The position numbers and the translations under genes are program-made. Shown piece after piece: positions 51,078 through 63,517 of a stretch of 64,000 bases of DNA. This DNA is from Escherichia coli (GTDB lineage: Bacteria; Pseudomonadota; Gammaproteobacteria; Enterobacterales; Enterobacteriaceae): the NCBI RefSeq assembly GCF_003334765.1, contig NZ_QOWT01000002.1. One strand, written 5' to 3'. Below the pieces are notes generated by a model. The model was not told the origin of the DNA. It made no database searches and was given only the letters and a program-made list of their open reading frames with translations. How positions within the stretch are numbered: position 1 is the first letter of the stretch; every line of letters starts with the position of its first letter.

Positions 51078-51926
51078 ATGAAACTTATTCCTCGCAGTAG
51101 TGATATTTCACCTGGCATTGATGGAATTTGCCCGGGGCCTTTTCCTCCGAACGGATTTACCGTACTTACAGATGCAGCATATGGTAACGGAGACTGTTTC
51201 GGTTTGTACTGGCCTATTGGTCAGGAGCATAAACTACCTATAGTGTGCGAAACGTACCATGACGAATGGCGAATCGTACCTGCCTTTTCCAGCATTAAGA
51301 AGTTCGAAGAATGGCTGGAAGTGAATGATGATGATCCCCATGAAAATGGCATCAGCATCGAAGATCAAGACTTTGCAGCAAATCTCTTCCGTGTTGCTCG
51401 GAAATGTCTTTCAACGGGAAGGCTTGATGACGCACTGCCACTGTTACAGCGAGCAACAGAACAATTGCCTGAAGTCAGCGAATATTGGTTAGCACTGGCA
51501 ATCCAGTATCGCCGATGTAAAAAAACAGAAGCTGCAGCACAGGCTGCGCTTAATGCTTATCTTGGCAATTGGGCATTTGGTGTTCCTGACAATAAAGTCA
51601 TTCATTTGCTGTCACAGGCCGCAGATGTCCCGAATTTCCAGGATGATCCTGTGATTCAGTGCATTAAAGAACAAGGATTAGATCTTAGCTTTGGAGGAAC
51701 AAAGGAAAATAATAATTACCCCTTGATGCAGATGTGTGTTGATACTTATTTTGCGCAGAGAAAACCGCTTCAGGCATTAACCCTGTTACATAATTATGCC
51801 TGGATAATGTCCAGTGAAACGACTGCATTTCAGGAACGCTATGATTTTAATATCGATGAATGGCGGGCAAAATTCAGGCAGTTATGTTTAGAGTATTTTG
51901 GCGATAGTCGTACACAGTTCACTTAA
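51078..51926 (+). CDS. yfbP: uncharacterised helical-repeat (TPR-like) protein (282 aa)
   Basis: Track ORF 51075..51926 (tandem ATG ATG start, GAAGGA SD). Confidence 0.8.
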   Translation: MKLIPRSSDISPGIDGICPGPFPPNGFTVLTDAAYGNGDCFGLYWPIGQEHKLPIVCETYHDEWRIVPAFSSIKKFEEWLEVNDDDPHENGISIEDQDFAANLFRVARKCLSTGRLDDALPLLQRATEQLPEVSEYWLALAIQYRRCKKTEAAAQAALNAYLGNWAFGVPDNKVIHLLSQAADVPNFQDDPVIQCIKEQGLDLSFGGTKENNNYPLMQMCVDTYFAQRKPLQALTLLHNYAWIMSSETTAFQERYDFNIDEWRAKFRQLCLEYFGDSRTQFT

Positions 51927-51959
51927 CGCTCTGCGTCTATCTACTATCCCTTCTTTTTC

Positions 51960-51990
51960 AGAAAAACCGCCGAGCATGTCGGCGGCTTTC
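51960..51990 (-). terminator. rho-independent terminator of the nuo operon (after nuoN)
   Basis: Minus strand reads stem ccgccga-catgc-tcggcgg followed by TTTTTCTGAAAAAG; 20-25 bp downstream of the nuoN stop. Confidence 0.8.
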
Positions 51991-52009
51991 TGACTTACAA
52001 AGTAACAGA

Positions 52010-53467
52010 TTACATCAGCGGCATTGCCAAACGCACAATGCTAATCAGCGGTTGTGGCCATACACCCAGCACCAGTACCAACAGTGCAGAGATCAGCACA
52101 ACGATACCGCCCGCGCTGTACTGCCAGTTTGATGGTGCATCGCGACCCGGTTGTTCCGGGGCGTGAAGATACAGGCTCACCGCCACGCGCAGGTAGTAGT
52201 AGAGGCCGATTGCCGAACCGACAACCACGGCACCCACCAGCCACCACAAGTGTGCCTGGACACCGACCGCCAGCACGTAGAACTTACCGATAAAGCCCAG
52301 CGTCATCGGGATACCGGCCAGAGACAGCATCATCACCGTCATCACTGCCGCGAGGATCGGACGATGCCAGAACAGACCGCGGTAAGAGAACAGGGAATCA
52401 GCATCCGGGCCACGATACGGGCTGGACATCAGGCTGACCACGCCGAACGCGCCGAGGCTGCTGAACAGATAACCGGCCAGGTAAACCCCTACCGCTTCCA
52501 TCGACATCTCGCCGGTTTGCAGCGCAATCAGCGCTACCAGCAGATAGCCGAGGTGAGAGATAGATGAGTAACCGAGCAGACGTTTGATATTGGTCTGGCT
52601 CAGCGCCATCAGGTTACCGAAGATGATGGAGGCAAAGGCGATAATCGCCAGCACCACGCGAATCGCTTCGCTGTCACCCACCGGTGCGTAGAGGAACAGA
52701 CGCATCACCACACCGAAGATAGCGATTTTGCTCGCCGTCGCCAGGAAAGTGGAAACCGGCGCAGGCGCGCCCTGGTATACGTCTGGCGTCCACAGGTGGA
52801 ACGGCACCAGAGAGAGTTTGAAGCCGAGGCCAACAATCATCAGGCCGAAACCTGCCAGCAACAGCGGCTCGTTGAGCATACCGTCGCCAAGGTTTTTACC
52901 CAACGCGACAAACGACAGGTCGCCAGACTGCGCATACACCAGCGCCATACCAAACAGCAGGAAAGAAGACGCTGCGGCAGAAAGGATGGTGTATTTGATA
53001 CTGGCTTCCAGTGAACGTTTCTGGCGGAAAGCGTAACCGACCAGGCCAAACAGCGGCAAAGAGATCAGTTCGATACCGAGGAACAGAGACGCCAGATGGT
53101 TGGCATTCGCCAGCAGGATCCCGCCCAGCGCGGCAATTAACACCAACAGGTAGAACTCATCCTTGTTGTCGTTATAGCCTTCAAGCCACGGGTAGGCGAA
53201 AGTACAGGTGGCGAGGCTCGCCAACAATACCAGCCCGGTGTAAAGCATGGCGAAACCATCAACGCGCATCAGCGGCGTAACGTCCATAGCGCCCGCCTGG
53301 CCAACAAACCAGAGCGAAACCAGCGCCGCGTTAAGCCCAATAACCGAGAGCGTAGCGTTGAGGAAATGATTGCGTCGCCACGCAATGGAGAGCATCACAA
53401 CCACCACCGTCAAGCCGACGATCAGCAACGGTAGCAGTGCGATCAGGTTTTGTGGAGTTATTGTCAT
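52010..53467 (-). CDS. nuoN: NADH:quinone oxidoreductase subunit N
   Basis: Track ORF 52010..53467 (485 aa), polytopic antiporter-like subunit. Confidence 0.95.
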
Positions 53468-53473
53468 GGCGAT

Positions 53474-55003
53474 TTACGGCCTTGTAGTAGTAACGGAATT
53501 AACAAACCACTGCTGGATATTGCCAATCGCGGAGTGCGAGGTATCCAGAATCGGCTGCGGATAGAAGCCCAGCAGTACCAGCAGCACCACCAGCAACAGG
53601 ATCATAAACAGCTCACGCAGCGACATCCCTGGCAGTTCCTGGCTGGCAATCTGGCTTTTCGCTTTACCGAAGTAAGCGCGATGTAACATCGCCAGCGAAT
53701 AAACAGATGCAAAGACCAGCCCAAAGGTAGAGATAACGGTAATCACCGGTACAACCTGGAAGCTGCCGAACAGAATCATAAATTCGCCGACGAAGTTACC
53801 GGTGCCAGGCATCCCAAGCGTTGCCACCGCAAAGAACAGCGACAGTGCTGGCAGCCATTTCATCTTGCTCCACAGACCGCCCATCATGCGCATGTCGCGG
53901 GTATGGATACGTTCATAAAGCTGACCACAAAGAATAAACAGACCCGCCGCCGACAAACCGTGCGCAATCATCTGGATTACCGCGCCCTGGTAGGCCAACT
54001 GGCTGCCGGTGTAGATAGCAATCAGCACGAAGCCCATGTGGGAAACCGAGGTGTAGGCGATCAGACGTTTGATATCGGTCTGGGCGAAGGCCATCCACGC
54101 ACCGTAGAAGATGCCGATAACACCCAGCCACATAGCAATTGGCGCGAACTCTGCCGACGCGTTCGGGAACAGCGGCAGGGAGAAACGCAGCAAACCGTAA
54201 GCGGCAGTTTTCAGCAAGATCCCCGCGAGGTCAACGGAACCGGCGGTCGGAGCCTGGGAGTGCGCATCCGGCAGCCAGCCATGCAGCGGAACCACCGGCA
54301 TTTTGACTGCGAAGGCGATGAAGAAGCCCAGCATTAACAGGTATTCCACACCACTGGACATTGGCGTATTCAGCAGCTCTTCATAGTTGAAGGTCCAGAC
54401 GCCGGTCGCATTGTAGTGAACAAAAACCAGCGCCAGGATGGCAATCAACATCACCAGGCCACTCGCCTGGGTGTAAATGAAGAACTTGGTTGCCGCCGTG
54501 ATACGCGTTTTACCGTCAGAGGCTTTATGCCCCCACAGTGCGATCAGGAAGTACATCGGCACCAGCATCATTTCCCAGAAGAAGAAGAACAGGAACATGT
54601 CGATGGCAAGGAACACGCCGATAACGCCGCCCAGGATCCACATCAGGTTGAGGTGGAAGAAGCCCTGATATTTTTCGATCTCTTTCCACGAACATAGTAC
54701 CGCCAGCACACCGAGCAGACCGGTCAGCACGACCATCAGCAGCGACAGCCCGTCAATGGCGAGATGAATAGAGATACCAAAACGCGGGATCCACGGCATG
54801 TCGAATTCAGACTGCCACTGCGGAATTCCGGCGGATTGCGTCAGTGAATAACCGCCCTGCAACCACAGTTGCAGCGACAGCGCCAGCGTCAATCCCATGG
54901 TGATCAGCGCGATCCAGCGTGGCACCTTGACGCCAAAGCGTTCGGTCTGCCAGCACAGGAAGCCGCCAATAAAGGGAATTAATATTAGCCAGGGTAGTAA
55001 CAT
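53474..55003 (-). CDS. nuoM: NADH:quinone oxidoreductase subunit M
   Basis: Track ORF 53474..55003 (509 aa). Confidence 0.96.
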   Translation of the reverse strand: MLLPWLILIPFIGGFLCWQTERFGVKVPRWIALITMGLTLALSLQLWLQGGYSLTQSAGIPQWQSEFDMPWIPRFGISIHLAIDGLSLLMVVLTGLLGVLAVLCSWKEIEKYQGFFHLNLMWILGGVIGVFLAIDMFLFFFFWEMMLVPMYFLIALWGHKASDGKTRITAATKFFIYTQASGLVMLIAILALVFVHYNATGVWTFNYEELLNTPMSSGVEYLLMLGFFIAFAVKMPVVPLHGWLPDAHSQAPTAGSVDLAGILLKTAAYGLLRFSLPLFPNASAEFAPIAMWLGVIGIFYGAWMAFAQTDIKRLIAYTSVSHMGFVLIAIYTGSQLAYQGAVIQMIAHGLSAAGLFILCGQLYERIHTRDMRMMGGLWSKMKWLPALSLFFAVATLGMPGTGNFVGEFMILFGSFQVVPVITVISTFGLVFASVYSLAMLHRAYFGKAKSQIASQELPGMSLRELFMILLLVVLLVLLGFYPQPILDTSHSAIGNIQQWFVNSVTTTRP

Positions 55004-55092
55004 GGCGATCTTTATTCCTTGTAAAAGTCCCGTCAGGACCGGATTTTCAACGAATTCTCACGACAGAAAATTCTCTTCGGACTGGGGGTAGT

Positions 55093-55129
55093 GTCGGATG
55101 CACCGCGAAGGCGGCTTATCCGACCTACG
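55093..55129. repeat. REP-like palindromic unit inside the nuoL-nuoM intergenic spacer
   Basis: gtcggatgcaccgcgaaggcggcttatccgacctacg; inverted ends GTCGGAT / ATCCGAC; resembles REP consensus. Confidence 0.55.
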
Positions 55130-55166
55130 TTCTTATATGCCCAGGGGCAATCCCACAATCCTTAAC

Positions 55167-57008
55167 TCAACGCAGTACCATCAACAGTGCCAGCACCACG
55201 ACCGCACCGATGCTCATGGATGCCACATACCAGCGCAGATAGCCGTTCTCACTTAACAGCAGACCTTTACCTGCAAAGCGGGAAAGGACAGCCGGGATGT
55301 TCATCATTGAGTTCAGCGGATCGCGTTTCAGCAACCAGGCAATACCCAGGAACGGCTTGACGAACACTTTGTCATACAGCCAGTCAAATCCCCAGGCGTT
55401 GTACCACCAGGTGCCCAGCAGACGGCCCGGCGCACTGTTGGCGATGGAGGTCACCAGAGTACGTTTACCCAGCCACAGCCAGGCTGCCAGCAGAATGCCG
55501 ACCACCGCGACCACGCCAGAGGTAATTTCCAGGGTCAACATGCTGCCGTGCGCCAGTTCCGTCGTTTGCGGAAGCACGCCCTGCAGCGGCGGTACAATCA
55601 GTGCGCCAACGAAGGTGGAAAGGATCAGCAGCACAATCAGCGGCAGGCTGTGAGTTACCCCTTTCACGGCGTGAGCGTGAATTTGTTCTTTTCCGTGGAA
55701 GACGATGAAAATCATACGGAAGGTGTAGAGCGAGGTCATAAACGCACCGACCAGACCTGCCACCATCAGATTGATATGACCATTCGCCATCGCACCCGCG
55801 AGGATCTCATCCTTACTGAAGAAGCCCGCAGTGACCAGCGGTAGTGCCGACAGTGCTGCGCCGCCCACCAGGAAGCAGAGATAAACCAGCGGAATAGATT
55901 TACGCAGACCGCCCATCTTGAAGATGTTCTGTTCGTGATGGCAGGCCAGAATGACGGAACCGGATGCCAGGAACAGCAGCGCTTTAAAGAACGCGTGGGT
56001 CATCAAGTGGAAAATCGCCGCATCCCATGCCTGCACGCCAAGCGCGAGGAACATGTAGCCAATCTGGCTCATGGTAGAGTAAGCGAGAACACGTTTGATG
56101 TCGGTCTGTACCAGCGCGGCAAAACCGGCCAGCAGCAGCGTAACCGCCCCGACAATACCCACCAGATGCAGAACTTCCGGCGTCATCAGGAACAGGCCGT
56201 GGGTACGGGCGATCAGGTAGACACCCGCGGTTACCATGGTTGCGGCGTGGATCAGCGCGGAGACAGGCGTCGGGCCCGCCATCGCGTCGGCAAGCCATGT
56301 CTGCAACGGCAACTGCGCAGATTTACCGACCGCACCGCCCAGCAGCATCAGCGTCGCCCACATCAGCATGTTATTGCCGTCAGCAAAGTGCGCTGGTGCC
56401 AGTTCCACCATTTCGCGGAAGTTCAGGGTGCCCAGTTCGTTGTAAAGAATGAACAGTGCGAAAGCGAGGAACACGTCACCCACACGGGTCACGACGAACG
56501 CTTTCATTGCCGCTGCGCCATTCTTCGGATCGGTGTAATAGAACCCGATCAGCAGATAGGAGCACAGGCCCACGCCTTCCCAGCCGAGGTACATCAGCAG
56601 CAGGTTGTCGGCAAGCACCAGAACCACCATGCTGGCGATGAACAGGTTGGTGTAAGCGAAGAAGCGAGAGTAGCCCTCTTCACCGCGCATATACCAGGAG
56701 GCGTACATGTGAATAAGGAAACCCACACCAGTGACCACCGAGAGCATGGTCAGCGACAGGCCGTCCAGCACCAGGTTAAAACCGATGTTAAAGTCGCCTA
56801 CCGACATCCACGTCCACAGCGGCTGGCTGTATGTCTGCTCGCCGTTAGCGAAGAAATCAACGCCGATAAAGGCGGTTACCAGCGCCGCCAGGCCCACAGA
56901 GCCTACGCCGACGATCGCCGAGACGTTTTCAGACCAGCGCCCACGGGAGAATGCCAGCAGGACGAAGCCAATCAATGGCAAAATAATGGTTAAGGCAAGC
57001 ATGTTCAT
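55167..57008 (-). CDS. nuoL: NADH:quinone oxidoreductase subunit L
   Basis: Track ORF 55167..57008 (613 aa). Confidence 0.96.
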
Positions 57009-57307
57009 CCGCGCATCTCACTTACTGAATCGATGTTCAGGTTCTGGCGACGACGGTGAAGTTGCAGCAGCAGCGCAAGGCCGATACTCGCTTCTGCCGC
57101 CGCGAGGCTGATGGCGAGAATGTACATCACCTGACCGTCGGTCTGGCCCCAGTAGCTTCCGGCGACCACGAAGGCCAGCGCGGAGGCGTTAATCATGATT
57201 TCCAGACCAATCAACATAAACAGCAGATTGCGACGGATAACCAGACCGGTTAAGCCAAGAACGAATAAGATTGCCGCGAGGATCAGTCCATGTTGTAAGG
57301 GGATCAT
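57005..57307 (-). CDS. nuoK: NADH:quinone oxidoreductase subunit K
   Basis: Track ORF 57005..57307 (100 aa). Confidence 0.95.
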
Positions 57308-57858
57308 GCGTGCTCCTCCGTTTTTCTTTTCGCGCTGTCGTCTTTACGATTGCTCAGCACTTCACCCGCACGCTCTTCACGACCGACGTGGAAGGCCACA
57401 ACCAGACCTGCGAGCAGCAGCATAGAAGCCAGTTCCACCGCCAGTACGTAAGGCCCGAACAGCGTAATACCCACTGCTTTAGCACTGATTGGCGTACCGT
57501 CGATACCCTGATCGTTAACACCGAGGATGGCGTAAACAATCACCACCAGCATGATGGCCGACAAAATTGCCGGACCAATCCACACCTGCGGTTTCAGCCA
57601 CTGGCGTTCCTGTTCGATTTCTGAACCGCCCAGGTTGAGCATCATCACCACGAACACGAACAGCACCATAATGGCACCCGCGTAGACGATAATTTCCAGC
57701 GCACCGGCGAAGTAAGCGCCCAGTGAGAAGAACACCCCGGAAATCGCCAGCAGCGAAATAATCAGGTACAGCAGTGCGTGTACCGGATTGGTATGGGTGA
57801 TCACTCGCAAGGTCGCAAGTATGGCTATCAGGCCACAGATATAAAAAGCGAACTCCAT
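57304..57858 (-). CDS. nuoJ: NADH:quinone oxidoreductase subunit J
   Basis: Track ORF 57304..57858 (184 aa). Confidence 0.95.
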
Positions 57859-57869
57859 TGCCCCTCTCC

Positions 57870-58412
57870 TTACGGTAACAGGCTCTTGACGTCGATAGGC
57901 TTGGCTTCGTTCTCTGCTTCGCCCTTATCTTTGCCGTCGATTGCCATACCTGCCATCCGGTAGAAGTTATATTCCGGGTATTTGCCCGGACCGGAGATCA
58001 GCAGATCCTCTTTCTCGTAAACCAGATCCTGGCGCTTGTATTCCCCCATTTCGAAATCCGGGGTTAACTGAATCGCCGTGGTCGGACAGGCTTCTTCGCA
58101 CAGACCACAGAAAATGCAGCGTGAGAAGTTGATGCGGAAAAATTCCGGGTACCAGCGACCGTCTTTGGTTTCTGCTTTTTGCAGCGAGATACAGCCGACC
58201 GGGCAGGCTACCGCGCAGAGGTTACAGGCTACGCAACGCTCTTCGCCGTCCGGGTCGCGGGTCAGAACGATACGACCACGATAACGGGGCGGCAGATAGA
58301 CCGGCTCTTCCGGGTACATTCGCGTTTCGCGTTTGGCGAACGCGTGCAGGCCGATCATCCAGATACTACGAACCTGGGTGCCGAAACCTACTAACAATTC
58401 TTTTAAGGTCAT
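57870..58412 (-). CDS. nuoI: NADH:quinone oxidoreductase subunit I (2x[4Fe-4S] ferredoxin)
   Basis: Track ORF 57870..58412 (180 aa); CxxCxxCxxxCP motifs twice. Confidence 0.96.
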
Positions 58413-58426
58413 GGTCTTATTGCCCC

Positions 58427-59404
58427 TTATTGCGCCTGCCAGAGAATGACAGCCGCCGTTACCAGCAAGTTGATCAGCGTCAGCGGCAGGCAGATTTTCC
58501 AGCCGAAGGACATTACCTGGTCATAACGCGGACGCGGTAACGACGCACGAATCAAAATGAACATCATCATAAAGAACGCGGTTTTCAGCGCGAACCAGAT
58601 GAATGGCGGTAACAACGGGCCTTGCCAGCCACCGAAGAACAGCGTCACCATCAATGCAGAGATGGTCACAATCCCGATGTACTCACCCACGAAGAACAGA
58701 CCGAACTTCATACCGGAATATTCAATGTGGTAACCATCCGCCAGTTCCTGCTCGGCTTCCGGCTGGTCAAACGGGTGACGGTGACATACCGCCACGCCCG
58801 CGATGGCAAAGGTAATAAAACCAAAGAATTGCGGGATAACGTTCCACACATGCGCCTGGCTGTTGACGATGTCGGTCATGTTGAATGAACCGGCCTGCGC
58901 CACCACGCCCATCAAGGAAAGCCCGAGGAACACTTCGTAGCTCAGGGTCTGCGCAGAAGCACGCATCGCACCCAGCAACGAGTATTTGTTGTTACTTGAC
59001 CAGCCCGCAAACAGCACCGCGTAAACCGCCAGACCTGCCATCATCAGGAAGAACAAAATCCCGATGTTCAGGTCGGCAACCACCCAACCCGGACTGACTG
59101 GCACAATCGCAAAGGCCAGCAGCAGCGAGGTAAAGGCAATCATCGGTGCCAGGGTAAAGATGACGCGATCCGAGAATTTCGGGATCCAGTCTTCTTTAAA
59201 GAACATTTTGATCATGTCCGCAACCAGCTGGAGCGAACCGCCCCAGCCAACACGGTTAGGTCCGTAACGGTTCTGGAACAGACCCAGCAGGCGACGTTCG
59301 CCAAAGCTCATGAATGCCCCGCAGGTGACAACCACCAGCAGGATCACCACCGCTTTGAGGATGGTCAGCAGGATCTCAATCAGTTCCGGTGATATCCAAC
59401 TCAT
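58427..59404 (-). CDS. nuoH: NADH:quinone oxidoreductase subunit H
   Basis: Track ORF 58427..59404 (325 aa). Confidence 0.96.
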
Positions 59405-62127
59405 TGTTGTGCCTCCTTGAGATCCTCAAGATGCGCGCCAGCCAGCACCGGAGCAATGCCGGACATACCCATCGGCAAGCCCACCTGCCCTGCCGTCAGT
59501 CCTTCGGCGATTTCAACCGGCAGCGTGACCGTGTTGCCATCGTAACTAAAGGAGACGCGTGTACCTGCGTTCACACCCAACTTCGCGGCATCCGCTGGGT
59601 TGAGTTTGATGTACGGCTGCGGCATACGGCTCTGGAAGACCGGAGCACGCTGTGACAATTCATCGCTGCCAAACAGGTGGTAATACGGCGCGATACGCCA
59701 TTTCCCGTCCTGCGGCTGGAAGCGTGCCGGTACGCTGGTGAAGTAATCCAGACCATTTTCGCTGGTTTCAAACAGACGCACGCCCGGATCGCCAAAGCGC
59801 AGTTTGCCGCCCACTTCGTCCTGGAATTTGTTCCACGCCTGCGGGGAGTTCCAGCCCGGCGCCCAGGCAAACGGCACTTGCGAACGGTGCGCAGTCGGCT
59901 GGTTGTTACCTTCCATCGAGAAGGTGAACATGGTGTCAATATCCTGCGGCTGACGCGGCTCATGAACGCTGATATTGGCGCGCATGGCGGTACGACCGCT
60001 GTAACGGTGCGGTTCACGGGCCAGTTTCTGCCCACGAATACGGAATGTCGCATCCGGCGCAGCATCTTTGATACCTGCCAGTTCCGGGATTTTCGCCACA
60101 ACAGCGTCAATCACATGGTCGAGCTGCGTCCAGTCCACTTCACGGCTCAGCAGGGTGCTGTGCAGCGAGTGTAACCAGCGCCAGCTTTCCAGCATGACAG
60201 TTTTGCTGTCGTAATAAGCAGGATCGTAAACCTGGAAGAAACGTTGGGCGCGGCCTTCGTTGTTGATCACCGTACCGTCGCTTTCAGCAAAGCTGGCAGC
60301 AGAAAGTACCAGATGGGCGTTTTCCATAATCGCTGTGCGTTGATGATCAACCACCATCACCAGCGGTGCTTTAGCCAGCGCAGCATTCACGCGGATAGCA
60401 GAAGCGTGACGATGCAGATCGTTTTCCAACACCACCACCGCGTCGGCGCGTCCGGTTTCCAGTTCGGTTAACGCTTCTTCAAGCGAACCGCCACCCATAA
60501 TGCCCAGCCCCATGCTGTTGACGGAACGGGCAATCATGGTGATACCGACGTCAGCGCCGCGACCTTTCAGGGCTTTCGCGACGTTAGCCGCCGCCTGAAT
60601 CACCTCTAAGCTACCGGCGTTCGTCCCGGAGATAATCAACGGTTTCTTCGCACCTGCCAGTGCCTGCACGATGACGTCGATTTTGCTTTGCAGCTCAGGT
60701 TCGATACCGTCAACCGCTGGTGCAGAGTTATCCAGCGCATGGGCGATGGCAAAACCTAAACGCGCCTGATCTTCAACCGGTGCGCGGTAAGTCCACGCCG
60801 CGATATCATCCAGACGGGTGTCATCAACGTTGGTAACAAACAGCGGATGCTTCGCACGTTGACCGATGTTGAGGATTGCCGCAATCTGCCAGTCAGCCAC
60901 TTTCTGTGCTGCCGCCATTTCGCGCGCTTTACCTTTCACAGCCTGACGCACTGCCAGCGCGACGCGCGCGCCGGTCTGGGTAACGTCTTCGCCCAGCACC
61001 AGTACCGCATCGTAAGATTCGATTTCGCGCAGAGCCGGAGTATAAATGCCGCCTTCACGCAGCACTTTCAGCGCCAGTTGCAGACGTTCCTGCTCACCGT
61101 GAGCGATACCGGTGTAGAAGTTTTCTTCGCCCACCAGTTCACGCAGCGCAAAGTTGCTTTCCACGCTGGCACGCGGAGAACCAATACCGATCACTTTCTT
61201 CGACTGACGCAGAATATCTGCCGCGCCCTGCATTGCCTGTTCGGCGTTGAGGGTAATGAAATCATCGCCACGACGCTGTACTGGCTGACGCGGACGATCC
61301 TTCAGGTTGACGTAACCGTAACCGAAACGACCACGGTCGCAGAGGAAGTAGTGGTTTACCGTACCGTTGTAACGGTTTTCGATACGACGCAGTTCGCCGT
61401 AACGTTCACCGGGGCTGATGTTACAGCCGATGGAACATTGCTGGCAGATGCTCGGCGCAAACTGCATATCCCATTTACGGTTGTAACGCTCGGAGTGCGT
61501 TTTGTCGGTAAATACGCCGGTCGGGCAAATTTCGACCAGGTTACCGGAAAATTCGCTTTCCAGCGTGCCGTCTTCCGGGCGACCGAAGTAGACGTTGTCG
61601 TGCGCACCGTAAACGCCCAGATCTGTACCGTCAGCGTAATCTTTGTAGTAACGCACACAGCGGTAGCAGGCGATGCAGCGGTTCATTTCGTGAGAGATGA
61701 ATGGCCCCAAATCCTGATTACGGTGGGTACGTTTGGTGAAACGGTAGCGACGGAAGCTGTGTCCGGTCATCACAGTCATATCCTGAAGATGGCAGTTACC
61801 GCCCTCTTCACATACCGGACAGTCGTGCGGGTGGTTGGTCATCAACCACTCGACCACGCTTTCACGGAACTGTTTCGCTTCTTCGTCGTCAATGGAAATA
61901 AAGGTGCCATCGGAAGCCGGTGTCATACAGGACATCACCAGGCGACCACGCGTGTCTTCCGCGTTTTGGTATTGCTTCACCGCACACTGGCGGCAAGCAC
62001 CGACACTTCCCAGCGCCGGATGCCAGCAAAAGTAAGGAATATCAAGGCCCAGAGACAGACAAGCTTCCAGCAGGTTGTCCGCTCCGTTGACCTCGTATTC
62101 TTTGCCGTCTACATGAATTGTAGCCAT
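59401..62127 (-). CDS. nuoG: NADH:quinone oxidoreductase subunit G (908 aa)
   Basis: [37 protein letters not shown]...; track ORF begins 2 codons upstream (MLMATIHV..). Confidence 0.96.
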
Positions 62128-62179
62128 TAGCATGCTTCCAGTTTTCTCAGTCAGAGACTGAGCGTTAATCGAAATTCGG

Positions 62180-63517
62180 TTACCAGCGCTCTTTCAGCAG
62201 GTTCGGCTGAATCCCATTAATCAAATGGGTATTGCTGAACGGCTGTTTGATTCCCGCCTCAAATTCTTCGCGGAAATATTTGATGGCGCTCTGTAACGGC
62301 TCCACTGCACCAGGTGCGTGGGCACAGAAAGTTTTACCCGGGCCTAAGAATCGACACAGTTGCTCAAGTGTTTCGATATCGCCCGGCTGACCTTCACCAC
62401 GCTCCAGCGCACGCAGAATTTTCACGCTCCACGGCAGACCGTCGCGGCACGGCGTACACCAGCCGCAGGACTCACGGGCGAAAAACTCTTCCAGGTTACG
62501 CACCAGCGACACCATGTTGATCTCATGGTCAACCGCCATCGCCAGCGCCGTACCCAGACGGCTGCCCGCTTTACCGATACTTTCGAATTCCATCGGCAGA
62601 TCAAGGTGCGCTTCGGTCAGGAAGTCAGTCCCCGCGCCGCCTGGCTGCCAGGCTTTAAATTTCAGACCATCACGCATACCACCGGCGTAATCTTCGAGGA
62701 TCTCGCGTGCGGTGGTGCCGAACGGCAGTTCCCACAGTCCCGGATTTTTCACCCGACCGGAGAAGCCCATCAGCTTGGTGCCAGCATCTTTACTTTTCGA
62801 GATGTTCTGATACCACTCCACGCCGTTAGCGAGGATCGCCGGAACGTTACACAGGGTTTCGACGTTGTTGACACAGGTCGGTTTACCCCATGCGCCGGAG
62901 GTTGCCGGGAAGGGTGGCTTCGAGCGTGGGTTAGCACGACGTCCTTCCAGGGAGTTGATTAACGCTGTTTCTTCCCCGCAGATGTAGCGCCCTGCCCCGG
63001 TATGGACGAACAGTTCGAAATCGAAACCTGTTCCCATAATGTTTTTGCCAAGCAGACCCGCTTCGGTGGCTTCGGCAATGGCACGGCGCAGATTAACTGC
63101 CGCTTCGATATATTCGCCACGCAGGAAGATGTAGCCACGGTAAGCTTTCAGCGCAAACGCGGAGATGAGCATACCTTCCACCAGCAGGTGCGGCAGTTGC
63201 TCCATCAACAGGCGGTCTTTATAGGTGCCCGGCTCCATTTCATCGGCATTACACAGCAGGTAACGGATGTTCATGGATTCGTCTTTCGGCATCAGGCTCC
63301 ATTTCAGGCCAGTCGAGAAGCCCGCGCCGCCGCGCCCTTTCAGACCAGCGTCTTTTACCTGATTAACGATTTCGTCCGGAGACAGCCCGGTCAGCGCCTT
63401 ACGCGCGCCTTCGTAACCGTTTTTGCTGCGGTATTCGTCCAGCCACACTGGCTGTTTGTCATCGCGCAGACGCCAGGTCAGCGGATGCGTTTCGGGAGTA
63501 CGGATAATGTTTTTCAT
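62180..63517 (-). CDS. nuoF: NADH:quinone oxidoreductase subunit F (FMN, NADH-binding; 445 aa)
   Basis: Track ORF 62180..63517. Confidence 0.96.
   Translation of the reverse strand: MKNIIRTPETHPLTWRLRDDKQPVWLDEYRSKNGYEGARKALTGLSPDEIVNQVKDAGLKGRGGAGFSTGLKWSLMPKDESMNIRYLLCNADEMEPGTYKDRLLMEQLPHLLVEGMLISAFALKAYRGYIFLRGEYIEAAVNLRRAIAEATEAGLLGKNIMGTGFDFELFVHTGAGRYICGEETALINSLEGRRANPRSKPPFPATSGAWGKPTCVNNVETLCNVPAILANGVEWYQNISKSKDAGTKLMGFSGRVKNPGLWELPFGTTAREILEDYAGGMRDGLKFKAWQPGGAGTDFLTEAHLDLPMEFESIGKAGSRLGTALAMAVDHEINMVSLVRNLEEFFARESCGWCTPCRDGLPWSVKILRALERGEGQPGDIETLEQLCRFLGPGKTFCAHAPGAVEPLQSAIKYFREEFEAGIKQPFSNTHLINGIQPNLLKERW

Noticed and set aside
55935-56993. 352-aa + strand ORF
   Set aside because: Antisense shadow inside nuoL; Arg/His/Gln-rich low-complexity translation.
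60847-62130. 427-aa + strand ORF
   Set aside because: Antisense shadow inside nuoG.
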